DNA of 64,000 nt from Planctomycetota bacterium (GTDB lineage: Bacteria > Planctomycetota > B15-G4): contig CBDFJQ010000002.1 of assembly GCA_965248575.1 (NCBI GenBank), positions 928,001 to 992,000 on the forward strand, given 5' to 3'. The notes below the pieces were generated by a model that saw nothing but the letters and a program-made list of their open reading frames with translations, was not told the origin of the DNA and made no database searches. Shown piece by piece: positions 52,034-62,050 of this stretch. The position numbers and the translations under genes were made by a program. The number at the start of each line of letters is the position of its first letter. Within the stretch, counting starts at the first letter, position 1.

Positions 52034-53926
52034 ATGTCGAATCGCATCTTGATGTCTGCACTGGCACTCCTGGGCGCCACCATGCCCCTGACGGCCCAGC
52101 AGTTCACCCTCGCTGGTGGGTCGCTCCCAGCTCAGTCCATCTGGACGGACGGCGTGGAAGTCGCCGACATTGACGGCGACGGAGACGTAGACATCCTCTT
52201 CGCAAACGGCTCCGGCTACGGTTCGGGTGGTGCCCTCGCGCAGCACTTCTACCGCAACAACGGCTCCGGTGTGTTCTCCGAGGCCCACGCTTTCCTGAAC
52301 GTTGCCAATTTCAACGCGAAGATGGTCATCGCCGAGGACTTCGACAACGACGGCGACCTGGACCTCATGTACGCGCCTGAGGGTCCGGCAGGCACGCCCA
52401 CCCAGAAGCCGCGCATGCTGATCAACCAAGGCGGCGACCAGGCTGGCACCGAGGGCCTCTTCGCCGACGGATCCGCCACGCGCATTCCCAACATCTTCAT
52501 GGCCTCCTACTGCGTCGCCGCCGGCGATGTGGACGATGACGGCGACCTGGACGTGGTCTTCACGGACGGCGCCACCTTCAGCGGCCTCGCCCGCCAGGCG
52601 CGTCTCTACCTGAACGACGGCAACGGCTTCTTCAGTGATGCCACGGCCTCCAACATGCCCGTCGACCTGTTCAACGCGCAGGACGCCACGCTGTTCGACT
52701 TCGACGGTGACTTCGACATCGACATCGCCCTGTCCGGCAAGGGCGGCGGTACCAACAACCGTGGGCGGCTCTACCTGAACGACGGCTCCGGCGTGTTCAC
52801 CGAGAGCACCGTCATGAACAACGTCGGCACCAACGCCACCTACGAGATCGACTGGGGCGACCTGGACGGCGACGGCGACTTCGATGCCGCCGTGCAGTCC
52901 GTCTCCGGTCAGAACGAAGGCTGGGCACGCAACAACGGAACGGGCTCGGCCCTGACCAAGTTCACGTTCCCCAACCCGAACGGCTCGGATGACAACGAGA
53001 TGGCGCTCATGGACTACGACAGCGACGGCGATCTCGACGTCTTCGTGGCCTCCCTCGCCAGCACCGAGAAGGTCTACCGCAACGATGGCGGCGGCACCTT
53101 CGTCAACCAGCAGGGCGAGATCCAGAACCAGAGCGACTCGACACTCGACTTCGGATTCGGCGACGTGGACGGCGATGGCGACTACGACATGATCACGGGC
53201 CAGGGCGAGTCGGGCAACTTCACCAACAAGATCTATCGCAACAACGGCACCGCTGATGTGACCGCGCCGACCCTGCTCGGCAAGGACACCGTCACCAACT
53301 GGGGTATCCCGGAGACGGTCTTCCACATCCGTTGCCAGGACGCCATCTCGGATGACGGCCACATCAACGCCACGGCTGACTTCACCTACACCACCAACGT
53401 CGGCGCCGGCGCCGGTACGGCCACCCACATGGGTGGCGGCATGTTCCGGGCAGCTGTTCCGACGGTCCCCGGGCTGGACAGCATCGATGTGCACTTCGAT
53501 GTGACCGACACCGCGGGCAATGTCCTGGGTGTGGATTCGAGTGTGGTCGAGGCAGGTGCCTGGCGCTACATCGACCACGGCACCTCGGGCATCAATGGTG
53601 TGCCGGCGCTGCAGATGAGCGGTCCTCAAACGGCCGGATCGACGACGACCCTGTCGTTGACCAAGGCCGCCCCGAGTTCGCTGCTGGTCTTCTGGCTCGC
53701 TTTCACCGAGATCCCCACGCCCATCTGGAACGGCACCATCTACGCGCTGCCCTTCAGCACGCAGCTGTTCGTGGGCTCGGACCTGAACGGCGAGTTCTCG
53801 GCCTCGACACCTTGGCCGGCAGGCATCCCGTCTGGCGTCTCTGCCACCTGGCAGTTCGTGTGTGAAGACGTGTCGGTCATCTTTGGCGGAACGATGTCCA
53901 ACGCGGTCCGCAGCACCACCCCCTGA
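52034..53926 (+). CDS. Secreted FG-GAP/VCBS repeat (Ca-binding beta-propeller) protein with C-terminal beta domain
   Basis: Signal peptide ending LTA-Q; seven D-x-D-(G/N/D/S)-D-x-D-x-D repeats. Confidence 0.88.
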   Translation: MSNRILMSALALLGATMPLTAQQFTLAGGSLPAQSIWTDGVEVADIDGDGDVDILFANGSGYGSGGALAQHFYRNNGSGVFSEAHAFLNVANFNAKMVIAEDFDNDGDLDLMYAPEGPAGTPTQKPRMLINQGGDQAGTEGLFADGSATRIPNIFMASYCVAAGDVDDDGDLDVVFTDGATFSGLARQARLYLNDGNGFFSDATASNMPVDLFNAQDATLFDFDGDFDIDIALSGKGGGTNNRGRLYLNDGSGVFTESTVMNNVGTNATYEIDWGDLDGDGDFDAAVQSVSGQNEGWARNNGTGSALTKFTFPNPNGSDDNEMALMDYDSDGDLDVFVASLASTEKVYRNDGGGTFVNQQGEIQNQSDSTLDFGFGDVDGDGDYDMITGQGESGNFTNKIYRNNGTADVTAPTLLGKDTVTNWGIPETVFHIRCQDAISDDGHINATADFTYTTNVGAGAGTATHMGGGMFRAAVPTVPGLDSIDVHFDVTDTAGNVLGVDSSVVEAGAWRYIDHGTSGINGVPALQMSGPQTAGSTTTLSLTKAAPSSLLVFWLAFTEIPTPIWNGTIYALPFSTQLFVGSDLNGEFSASTPWPAGIPSGVSATWQFVCEDVSVIFGGTMSNAVRSTTP

Positions 53927-53978
53927 TCTGATGGGGATGGATCGGCTGAGGGGCTAGCCCCACAGCCCCGCGGCACCT

Positions 53979-54025
53979 CCCGCCGCGTCCTGCTCATCCT
54001 GAGACGGACGCGGCGGGCTTCGTTT
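53979..54025 (+). terminator. Intrinsic terminator after the FG-GAP gene
   Basis: Perfect 12-bp stem CCCGCCGCGTCC (53979-53990) / GGACGCGGCGGG (54006-54017) followed by CTTCGTTT. Confidence 0.7.
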
Positions 54026-54186
54026 GAGGCGGAGCATCAGCTGGCCAATCCCAGCAGCTCGCCGCGCTAGGCCGACCTGCCATCCAGGAAGGTCCTGCAC
54101 GCGGGGCCATCAGGAGTCATACTGTAGAGCCCGCTTCGCTGAGCAGCCTCCGCTCCGCGCCCCTTCACTCCCTCTCCCGGCCTCCC

Positions 54187-55683
54187 ATGCACTTTCCTCG
54201 CCCGGCAGTGCCTGCGTCGGAACGGCGCCTCACCCTCGTCGTACCACCGGTGACGGCCGAGGATCGCTACGGCCCCATGGCCTCGGCTGGCAACTCCCTG
54301 CCGCCTCACGCCTTCCTGTACCTCGGAGCCGTCGCCCGCGAAGCGGGTTGGACCGTGGAGATCGTCGACGGCCCTGCACTTGGCCTCGGAATCCAGACCT
54401 GCGCCGACCGCGTGCTCGAGACGGAGCCCAACGTCGTCGGTTTCACCGCGACAACCATGAGCATCGCCAAGGCCGCCCGGGTGGCGGAGGCCGTGCGCAG
54501 CGTGCGTCCCGACACCATCATCATGGCCGGCGGCCCACATATCACGGCGCTGCCCGCCGAGACCCTCGAACGACTGCCGGTCTTTGATCTGGCCTGCGCG
54601 GGCGAAGGAGAAGCAGCGCTGTTGGAGACCCTCGCACGCTTCGAGCGCGGCGAGGACCCCCGCGACATCCCAGGCATGGTGGCGCACCTGGACGACGGCT
54701 CCGTGCGCGCGAACCCGCCCTCGGAAGACGAAGTCGAACTCGCCGACCTGCCGTCCTTGGCGTGGGACCTGCTCGAGGACTTCCCCGCGCGTTACCACGC
54801 CGCGGCGACCTACCTCAACAAGACGCCCTTCAGCGACATCATCGTGTCGCGTGGTTGCCGCTACCGCTGCACGTTCTGTGACAACCAGACGTTCGGCCGC
54901 TCCATCCGCGCGCTGCCTGTCGATCGCATCCTCGAGAACATCGACCGCTTGGTGCAGGAGTACGGCATCAAGTCGATGTTCTTCACGGACGACTCGCTCA
55001 TGACCTTGCGCGAGGAGTTCGAGCAGGTCTGCGAAGGCCTCATCGAGCGCAACTACGACCTCGAGTGGAGCATCAACGCCCGCACCAGCGAGGTCGACGA
55101 AGAGATCCTCGACCTCATGAAGCGGGCTGGTTGCTGGCAAATCTCCTACGGCGTCGAGAGCGGAAGCTGGGACATCCTCAAGCGCATCAAGAAAGCCGCC
55201 ACGCCTGCCATGCAGGCGCGGGCGCTGCACCTCACGGCTGCTGCGGGCATCAAGAGCAACGCGTACATCATCATCGGTTTCCCCGGTGAGACGCACCAGA
55301 CCTTGAAGGAGACCGAGGATTTCCTGAAGACGGTGCCCATCGACACGCTTCGGCTCACGTACTTCACGCCCTTCCCGAACACCGACATCTCCTCGGATCT
55401 CATCGTGGATGGCGGCGAGATCGTGGCCGACTGGACGCAGCTCAACTTCTACAACATCGCGTACATCCCCAAGGAGCTGGAGCGTCGCGACCTAGAGCGT
55501 GCCTACCGACGCATCATGCTGCGCTTCTACACGCGCCCCCGGGTGTTGAAGTCCTTCCTCCCTCACCTGCTCGTGCCTCGCAAGGCCGCCGCCCTGTTCC
55601 GCGGCACCTTCGGCCTGGGCAAGCTGCTCGTCCAAGGCCCCGGTGGCAAGGATGAGGCGGCCGTGGGGGAGTGCCACAGCTGA
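54187..55683 (+). CDS. Cobalamin-binding radical SAM enzyme
   Basis: B12-binding domain (PPHAFLYLGA, VVGFT, GGPH, GEGE); SRGCRYRCTFC; FTDD; GVESG; IIGFPGET. Confidence 0.9.
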   Translation: MHFPRPAVPASERRLTLVVPPVTAEDRYGPMASAGNSLPPHAFLYLGAVAREAGWTVEIVDGPALGLGIQTCADRVLETEPNVVGFTATTMSIAKAARVAEAVRSVRPDTIIMAGGPHITALPAETLERLPVFDLACAGEGEAALLETLARFERGEDPRDIPGMVAHLDDGSVRANPPSEDEVELADLPSLAWDLLEDFPARYHAAATYLNKTPFSDIIVSRGCRYRCTFCDNQTFGRSIRALPVDRILENIDRLVQEYGIKSMFFTDDSLMTLREEFEQVCEGLIERNYDLEWSINARTSEVDEEILDLMKRAGCWQISYGVESGSWDILKRIKKAATPAMQARALHLTAAAGIKSNAYIIIGFPGETHQTLKETEDFLKTVPIDTLRLTYFTPFPNTDISSDLIVDGGEIVADWTQLNFYNIAYIPKELERRDLERAYRRIMLRFYTRPRVLKSFLPHLLVPRKAAALFRGTFGLGKLLVQGPGGKDEAAVGECHS

Positions 55684-55690
55684 GGGGGTC

Positions 55691-56968
55691 ATGAAGACCC
55701 GCGCCATGATTCGGCTGGATGCGGTGCTGGGGCTCCCGCTGTGTGCGCTGGCTTTTCTGCTCAGCCTGCCGCGGCGCCTCCTGAACCTCCGGACTCCCAG
55801 GGATGAGGCGCAGGTCCAACGCATCCTCGTGGTGAAGTTCCTGGGCATGGGCAGCATCCTGCTGGCGACGCCGCTGCTGCGGCGCCTCGCCCAGGCCTAC
55901 CCTGGCGCGCGCATCACCTTCCTCACCCTCGAGTCCAACGCCGAGCTCGTGCGGCGACTGGAGTGGGTGGATGACATCGTCGTTGTTCCGAGTTCGGGCC
56001 TCCGGGCCTTGCTGTGGCGCGTCCCCAGCTTGCTCTCCAGCTTGCGCAGGGAGCGCTTCGACCTCGCCCTCGATCTCGAGTTCTACTCCCGCCTCAGCAA
56101 CCTCGTCAGCTGGGGCAGTGGGGCTCGGCGTCGCATCGGTTTCTTCGTGCGCGCTCGTTGGCGCGGTTCGCTGCTCACGGACAGCGTCTACTTCAATGCA
56201 CGCCTGCCCTATGCCGAGGCTGTCTGGGCGCTCCTGCGGCCGTTGGGCCTGAACGACAGCCAGCGTCCCGCATCAACGCCGCCTCAGATCCAACCCGATG
56301 AAGAGCAGGCAGCCGCCGCGCGGCTCGTGACCTACGGCGTTCCGGAGGAAGGGACCCTGGTTGTCGTGAACGTCAATGCCTCCGACCTGTGCGTGGAACG
56401 ACGCTGGCCGGGAGAGCGCTTCGCGCGCTTCGTGGAGCGCTTCGGCCGCGAGGTGTCCACAGTCGACCGCTTCGTGTTCATCGGGGCACCCTCCGAGACG
56501 GCCACCGTCAAAGCCGTCCTCGATGAGGTGGCCACGGAATCCCTGCCCCTCTGCCTGGACCTCTCCGGTCGGACGTCACTGCTGGAACTGATGGTGCTGC
56601 TGCAGCGCGCCGCCCTGCTCGTGACCAATGACAGCGGCCCCATGCACCTTGCCGCTTCCCAGGGCGTGCCCACCCTGAGCTTCTTCGGACCTGAGACGCC
56701 GGAGCTCTATGGGCCGCAGGGGGACAACCACCTGATCTTCTATGAGCGGCACTGGTGTTCGCCCTGCTTGAGCGTCTACAACGCAAAGATCGCCATGTGT
56801 CATGGGCAGAACGAGTGCATGCGCCGCATCGAGCTGGACAGTGTCATGAGCCAAGCCGCCGTCTTCTGTCGCGAACGCGTAGGCCTCGCACCCGTGCGCA
56901 GTTCGGTGCGCGCCAACACGGACACGCTGAGGACCGATGAGCCGGGCGAGTCGGGGCCGCGCTCATGA
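55691..56968 (+). CDS. Glycosyltransferase family 9 (heptosyltransferase-like)
   Basis: RILVVKFLGMGSILLATP, FDLALDL, RRWP, DLSGRTSL, VTNDSGPMHLA, FFGPE, CSPC. Confidence 0.88.
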   Translation: MKTRAMIRLDAVLGLPLCALAFLLSLPRRLLNLRTPRDEAQVQRILVVKFLGMGSILLATPLLRRLAQAYPGARITFLTLESNAELVRRLEWVDDIVVVPSSGLRALLWRVPSLLSSLRRERFDLALDLEFYSRLSNLVSWGSGARRRIGFFVRARWRGSLLTDSVYFNARLPYAEAVWALLRPLGLNDSQRPASTPPQIQPDEEQAAAARLVTYGVPEEGTLVVVNVNASDLCVERRWPGERFARFVERFGREVSTVDRFVFIGAPSETATVKAVLDEVATESLPLCLDLSGRTSLLELMVLLQRAALLVTNDSGPMHLAASQGVPTLSFFGPETPELYGPQGDNHLIFYERHWCSPCLSVYNAKIAMCHGQNECMRRIELDSVMSQAAVFCRERVGLAPVRSSVRANTDTLRTDEPGESGPRS

Positions 56969-58362
56969 CGAACCCAACCCCGCCCAAGGTCCTGTTGCTG
57001 ATTCCGCCATCCAAGGATGTCGTCATCCGGGACTACTACTGCAGCAAGACCAGCCAGGCGAACTACCTGCACCCACCGCTCGACCTCGCGGTGCAGGGCG
57101 GCTGGTTCCGGGAGCGTGGCTTCGAACCGGTCTTGGTGGACGCCACCGTCGAACGCATCTCTCCGCAAGAGGCGCTGAAACGCGCGGTGGCCATCCAACC
57201 CATGGCTGTCTTCGCCCTGGCGGGTGCCGTGTCCTGGGAGTCCGATGGCCCCTTCCTGGCCGCGGTCGCCGAGGCCACAGGCGCGCCCGTGTACGCGAGC
57301 GGTGACCTCTTCATGGAAGACACGCTCAAGGCGCTGAAGAAATCTCCGTGGCTGGCTGGGGTGCTGACGGACTTCACGAGCGATGAGCTGAGCCGCCACC
57401 TTGCCGGTGACAGCTTCGAGCGGGATGCCCTGGTCCTCCCCCAGGAATCAACGCGTGAATTCAGACGGACCCGGGGTGCACGCCCGATCCCGATCCCTGC
57501 CCACGACTTGTTCACGGGCAACGACTACCGCTACGCCTTCGCACGGGCCACACCTATCGCGGGTATCTACGTCGGCTATGGCTGCCCCTACACATGCAGC
57601 TTCTGCATCACCGGCGAGTTGGGCACTTCGGTCCGTCCTGTCGACAACGTCATGCTTGAGCTGCGGCGGCTCTCCGAGCTGGGCGTTCGGGAGTTGTTCG
57701 TCCAGGATCAGTGCTTCGGCCAGCCACGTGCTCCCTTCGAGGCGCTACTGGACGCCATGATCGAAGAGGACCTCGGCCTGGGCTGGTGGACCTTCACCCG
57801 GGTGGACGTCCTCGACCGCCCGTTGGCCCGCAAGATGAAGGCGGCCGGCTGCCACACGATCATCCTCGGCGTGGAGTCCGCCTCGCGCGAGATCCTCGAC
57901 GCCCACCGGAAAGGCTACGGCCCCGACCTCGTTCGGGACTGCTTCGAACTCGCAGAGTCCGAGGGGCTTCGAACTGCAGCGACGTTCATCCTCGGGCTGC
58001 CGGAAGAGACGGCGGAGACCATCCAGGCGACCATCGACTTCGCCTGCTCGCTGCCAGCGGACTACGCCTCCTTCAATGTGGCTGTCCCGCGGGCCGGGAC
58101 ACGGCTCCGAGAATCCGCAGTGGAAGAGGGCCTCGTGGATGCCGATGTTGTGGTCATGGACCAATCAGGATTCGAACCCACACTGGCGACGCGCGGCCTC
58201 ACGCCTGACGACCTGAGGTCCTGGCGACGCAAGGCTGTCCGCTCCTTCTACCTGCGGCCCAGCTACCTCTGGCGCCGTTTCTGTCACTTGCGCAGCCTGT
58301 CCGAGGCACGCACCCAGGCCCGCGAGGCGTGGGCCTTGATCCGAAACCTCGCTCTCAAGTGA
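56965..58362 (+). CDS. Radical SAM enzyme with divergent B12-binding-like N-terminal domain
   Basis: HPPLDLA; YGCPYTCSFC; GVES; FILGLPEET; ATGA overlap with the GT9 gene. Confidence 0.87.
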   Translation: MTNPTPPKVLLLIPPSKDVVIRDYYCSKTSQANYLHPPLDLAVQGGWFRERGFEPVLVDATVERISPQEALKRAVAIQPMAVFALAGAVSWESDGPFLAAVAEATGAPVYASGDLFMEDTLKALKKSPWLAGVLTDFTSDELSRHLAGDSFERDALVLPQESTREFRRTRGARPIPIPAHDLFTGNDYRYAFARATPIAGIYVGYGCPYTCSFCITGELGTSVRPVDNVMLELRRLSELGVRELFVQDQCFGQPRAPFEALLDAMIEEDLGLGWWTFTRVDVLDRPLARKMKAAGCHTIILGVESASREILDAHRKGYGPDLVRDCFELAESEGLRTAATFILGLPEETAETIQATIDFACSLPADYASFNVAVPRAGTRLRESAVEEGLVDADVVVMDQSGFEPTLATRGLTPDDLRSWRRKAVRSFYLRPSYLWRRFCHLRSLSEARTQAREAWALIRNLALK

Positions 58363-58372
58363 CCGCTCGGCG

Positions 58373-61300
58373 ATGACGTCGCCCAACAGCACGGAGTCCG
58401 GTCGTCGCGCAGGGGTGGGGCTGCTGCTCGTCTTGCTGCTCGCTGCAACGGTCAGGTTCTCGGCCCAAACCCAGTTCGAGCGCGACGCGGACTCCTTCGC
58501 TCCGGTCGTGGACTCGGAGGCCTACCTGCTCCAGGCGCTGCGCGTCGCCCGCGGACACGACCTCACAGACGGCGTCTACTTCCAGGCGCCCTTGCACCCG
58601 TGGCTGTTGGGGCTGGTGTATCGCGCCACCGGTGTCGCCCAGGACCTTCCCGACCGGGACGTCGAACACGCCTTCGAGCTTCCCCAGGGGGTGGTCAGCC
58701 ACGCCCGAGCGGTGGGCGGCTGGATGAACGTGATCTTGGGCCTGATCCTGGTGGCCCTCGTCTGGCTGCTGGGCGTGCGTTTGTACTCGCCGGGCGTCGG
58801 GCTCGCAGCCGGCCTCATCGCAGCGGCCTATGGGCCGTCCCTCTTCTACGAGGGGCACCTGCTCAAGGTGAGCCTGTCCTTGCTCTTCATCCCCTGGGCC
58901 GTCCTGGCCGCCGCGCGAGCCGTGCGCCTGGACCGTCACAGGGCCTGGATCTGGTGCGGGCTGGCACTGGGCTTGGGCGGACTCGTGCGCGGTAACCTGC
59001 ATCTGCTCGCGCCCTGGGCCGCCGCTGCGCTCTTGGTGGTGGGGGTCCGCCGCAAACAGTTCGCTCCAGCGGTCGCACGCTGTGGGTTCCTGTTTCTCGG
59101 CTTGGCCCTCGCCCTGGCTCCGGTTGTTGTTCGCAACTCGGTGGTGGCAGGCCAACCGGTGCTCTCGACGGCAGCGGGAGGCACGGCCTTCTGGCTTTGC
59201 AACCATGCTGGCAACGACACCGGCTTGGTGGAGTTCACGGCGCTGAACCGGCAGGTCCCGCTGCACGAGATCGAGGACTGGACGGCCCGCACGGAGCAGG
59301 CCCTGGGACGCAGCGTCCGGCCGGCCGAGATCAGCAGCTACTGGATGGGGCGTGCGCTCCAGGACATCCGCGACAACCCCGCCCGCTGGCTGCTGGTGGA
59401 GTTGCGCAAGCTGGGGCTCTTGTTCTCCCGCTATGAAGCTCCTGACAACGTGTCGTACGACTTGGCAGCCGAGAGGAGTTCCCTGCTGGCTTGGACCCCC
59501 GCGCGCTACGGCATCCTGGTGCCCTTGGCCTTGGGAGGGCTCTGGATCGCCTGGGCATTGCGTCGTCGCGAGCAGCAGACAGACGGGCATCGGGCCGCGC
59601 GCGTGGCCCTGGTCCTGGGGCTCGTGGGCTACGCTGGCACGCTCCTGTTGTTCAACATGTCCTCGCGCTTTCGCATGCCTGTCGCCGTGCCGCTGATGGT
59701 GTATGCGGGCTACCTGCTCGCAAGGCTCCGTGCCCTGGCCTCCCCCGAGACGAAGCAAGGCCTGCGCGCCCTCACGGCGGGAATGCTGCTCCTGGGTTTC
59801 GTCCTGACCCAAACCTCTGAGGGGACCCTCGGTCCGCTCACGGAAGTCGAGCGCGCATCACATCGCGTGACACGCCTGATGAATCGGGCCCAGGCCGCCC
59901 TCAATCGGAGCGACGATCAAGCGGCGCGGCGCGACCTCGATGCGGCGCTGGTGCTGGGGAGGGACGTGGGAAAAGTCGCCCCGGATGTGCTGGTGCTCCT
60001 GGGATCCCTCGACCGCAGGGATGCTGCGTTGGCCTCGCTCCGTCGAGACCCCGAGCAGGCGGCCAAGTTGCGGTCCATGGCGGAAGAGGCCATGCGCATC
60101 GCCCTCTCCGTTCAGCCCGATCATGGCCCCGCCCACCGCATGCGCGGCCTGCTGCACTACGACCAGGGAGCATGGGCTGCAGCCATCCCCTCATTTCAGA
60201 GCGCACTTAAGAGCACGCCCCTGGACCGCGTGGCTCGTCAGTACCTCACCCTCAGCCTGCTGCACTCGGACCGAGCTCGGGAAGCCGCCCCCGAAGCCCA
60301 GTTGCTGATGCAACAGCGGCCGGAGCACGACGACGGCCATGGACTGGCGGCCTGGGCAGCACATGCCCAGGGACGTCGCTCCGAGGCCCAAGAACACCTC
60401 CAACGCTACGACGCCCTGGTCGCCGAGGCCGGAGGGCAGGCACGCCTTCCAGCCCAGACAATCTTCGCGAGGATCCGCAGCAGTCACTTGCTGTTCGAAT
60501 CGGTCGAGAGCCCGTTCGCAGCCATTCAGACAGGGCGCGAACAGGCGGACACGATCCTGGAAGTGAACGGCGGTGGGGTGGCGCTCTTCGACGGGGATGA
60601 CGACGGCGACCTGGACGTGTTGTTGGTGAGTCCTGGGCAGTACCCATCACGCGATGCGACACAAGGCGGCACCAATCGCCTCTATCGGAACGACGGCGAC
60701 TGGACCTTCACCGACGTCACCGCGGGCAGCGGGGTGGATGTCGCGGCGTGGTGCAACGGCGTGGCCGTCGGCGATGTGAACGGGGATGGAAAGCGGGACC
60801 TCTACCTCACCTGCCTCGGGCCCAACATCTTGCTGCGAAACCTGGGCAAGCTGAAGTTCGAGCCGCTGACCAATGCCGCCGGAGCAGCAGGCGGAAATGC
60901 TTGGAGCACCTCGGCCGTCTTCAGCGACATGGATCGTGACGGCGACCCGGATCTCTACGTGGTCAACTATCTCAGCTTCGACCCAGACGACCCGCCGCTG
61001 CATGGCCAGGCAGGGCTGCAGTGCACCTGGAAGGGCATGCCTGTGATCTGCGGTCCCCAGGGCCTGCCCGAGCAAGGCGATGTCTACTTCCGCAATGACG
61101 ACGGTCGTTTCGTCGAGGCCACCGAGTCCGCTGGCTTCGGCGCCAAGCCTGGGTTCGGCCTGGGCGTGCTCGACGGCGACTTCAACGGAGACGGCTGGCC
61201 GGACCTGTATGTCTCCAATGACTCCACACCCAACTTCCTGTTCCTGGGCACTGGCGACGGCAGCGTCCTTGAGGTGGGCTTGATGGCCGGAGCCGCCCTG

Positions 61301-62050
61301 TCCTCACGCGGGCGCGAGCAAGCGGGCATGGGGGTCGCCGCCGGAGACCTGGATGGCGACCTCGACGAAGACCTGCTGGTAACGAACTTCTCCATGGAGC
61401 CCAACGCGCTCTATCGCAACAACGGCACAGGTCGTTTCGAGGACACGGCGGATCCCTCAGGTATCGGCGGACCCTCGCGCCGCATGCTGGGTTGGGGGGT
61501 CGGCTTCCTGGATGTGGATCTGGATGGCGACCTCGACGTCCTCACCGCCAATGGGCACGTCTACCACCAGGCGGACGCCCCAGACACCGACACCTCCTAC
61601 GCCCAAGCAGACTTGCTGTTGCTCAACGACGGTCGCGGGCGCTTCACCCAGACAGAGTGGCCGGGCAGCGCGCAAGCCGTGAGCCGCGCGCTGGCTGTGG
61701 GGGACCTCGATGACGACGGCATCCAGGATGTGGTCATCACCCGCAGGTTCGGGCCACCCATGCTCTGGAGGGGGCTCGGCGCCGGGGGCCAAAGCGTGAG
61801 CTTCCAACTCCGTGGCCCCGCGGGGAATCCCGATGGCGTCGGACTGAAGTTGGAGTTCGAAGATGCGATGGGTGTGCGCGCCCAACAGGTGCGCGTCAGC
61901 GCGGGGTTCCAGGCCAGCTCGGACCCACGTCCCGCCTTCGCATGGCGTGGCCCGGGCACTCTGCGCCTCACTCGACGCGACGGGACGGTGCTCGAACAGG
62001 GCGTGCGTACAGCGGGCCGTCAGCTCCTGGACCTGGACCCCAATCGATGA
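58373..62050 (+). CDS. Fusion protein: GT-C (PMT/ArnT-like) membrane glycosyltransferase + TPR repeats + CRTAC1-like FG-GAP/ASPIC-UnbV domain
   Basis: PVVDSEAY and YFQAPLHP loops, ~11 TM segments, SRFRMP; TPR helices ~59860-60430; GGGVALFDGDDDGDLD, GWPDLYVSND, QAGMGVAAGD, SRALAVGDLDDDG; NPDGVG...GFQASS. Confidence 0.82.
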   Translation: MTSPNSTESGRRAGVGLLLVLLLAATVRFSAQTQFERDADSFAPVVDSEAYLLQALRVARGHDLTDGVYFQAPLHPWLLGLVYRATGVAQDLPDRDVEHAFELPQGVVSHARAVGGWMNVILGLILVALVWLLGVRLYSPGVGLAAGLIAAAYGPSLFYEGHLLKVSLSLLFIPWAVLAAARAVRLDRHRAWIWCGLALGLGGLVRGNLHLLAPWAAAALLVVGVRRKQFAPAVARCGFLFLGLALALAPVVVRNSVVAGQPVLSTAAGGTAFWLCNHAGNDTGLVEFTALNRQVPLHEIEDWTARTEQALGRSVRPAEISSYWMGRALQDIRDNPARWLLVELRKLGLLFSRYEAPDNVSYDLAAERSSLLAWTPARYGILVPLALGGLWIAWALRRREQQTDGHRAARVALVLGLVGYAGTLLLFNMSSRFRMPVAVPLMVYAGYLLARLRALASPETKQGLRALTAGMLLLGFVLTQTSEGTLGPLTEVERASHRVTRLMNRAQAALNRSDDQAARRDLDAALVLGRDVGKVAPDVLVLLGSLDRRDAALASLRRDPEQAAKLRSMAEEAMRIALSVQPDHGPAHRMRGLLHYDQGAWAAAIPSFQSALKSTPLDRVARQYLTLSLLHSDRAREAAPEAQLLMQQRPEHDDGHGLAAWAAHAQGRRSEAQEHLQRYDALVAEAGGQARLPAQTIFARIRSSHLLFESVESPFAAIQTGREQADTILEVNGGGVALFDGDDDGDLDVLLVSPGQYPSRDATQGGTNRLYRNDGDWTFTDVTAGSGVDVAAWCNGVAVGDVNGDGKRDLYLTCLGPNILLRNLGKLKFEPLTNAAGAAGGNAWSTSAVFSDMDRDGDPDLYVVNYLSFDPDDPPLHGQAGLQCTWKGMPVICGPQGLPEQGDVYFRNDDGRFVEATESAGFGAKPGFGLGVLDGDFNGDGWPDLYVSNDSTPNFLFLGTGDGSVLEVGLMAGAALSSRGREQAGMGVAAGDLDGDLDEDLLVTNFSMEPNALYRNNGTGRFEDTADPSGIGGPSRRMLGWGVGFLDVDLDGDLDVLTANGHVYHQADAPDTDTSYAQADLLLLNDGRGRFTQTEWPGSAQAVSRALAVGDLDDDGIQDVVITRRFGPPMLWRGLGAGGQSVSFQLRGPAGNPDGVGLKLEFEDAMGVRAQQVRVSAGFQASSDPRPAFAWRGPGTLRLTRRDGTVLEQGVRTAGRQLLDLDPNR

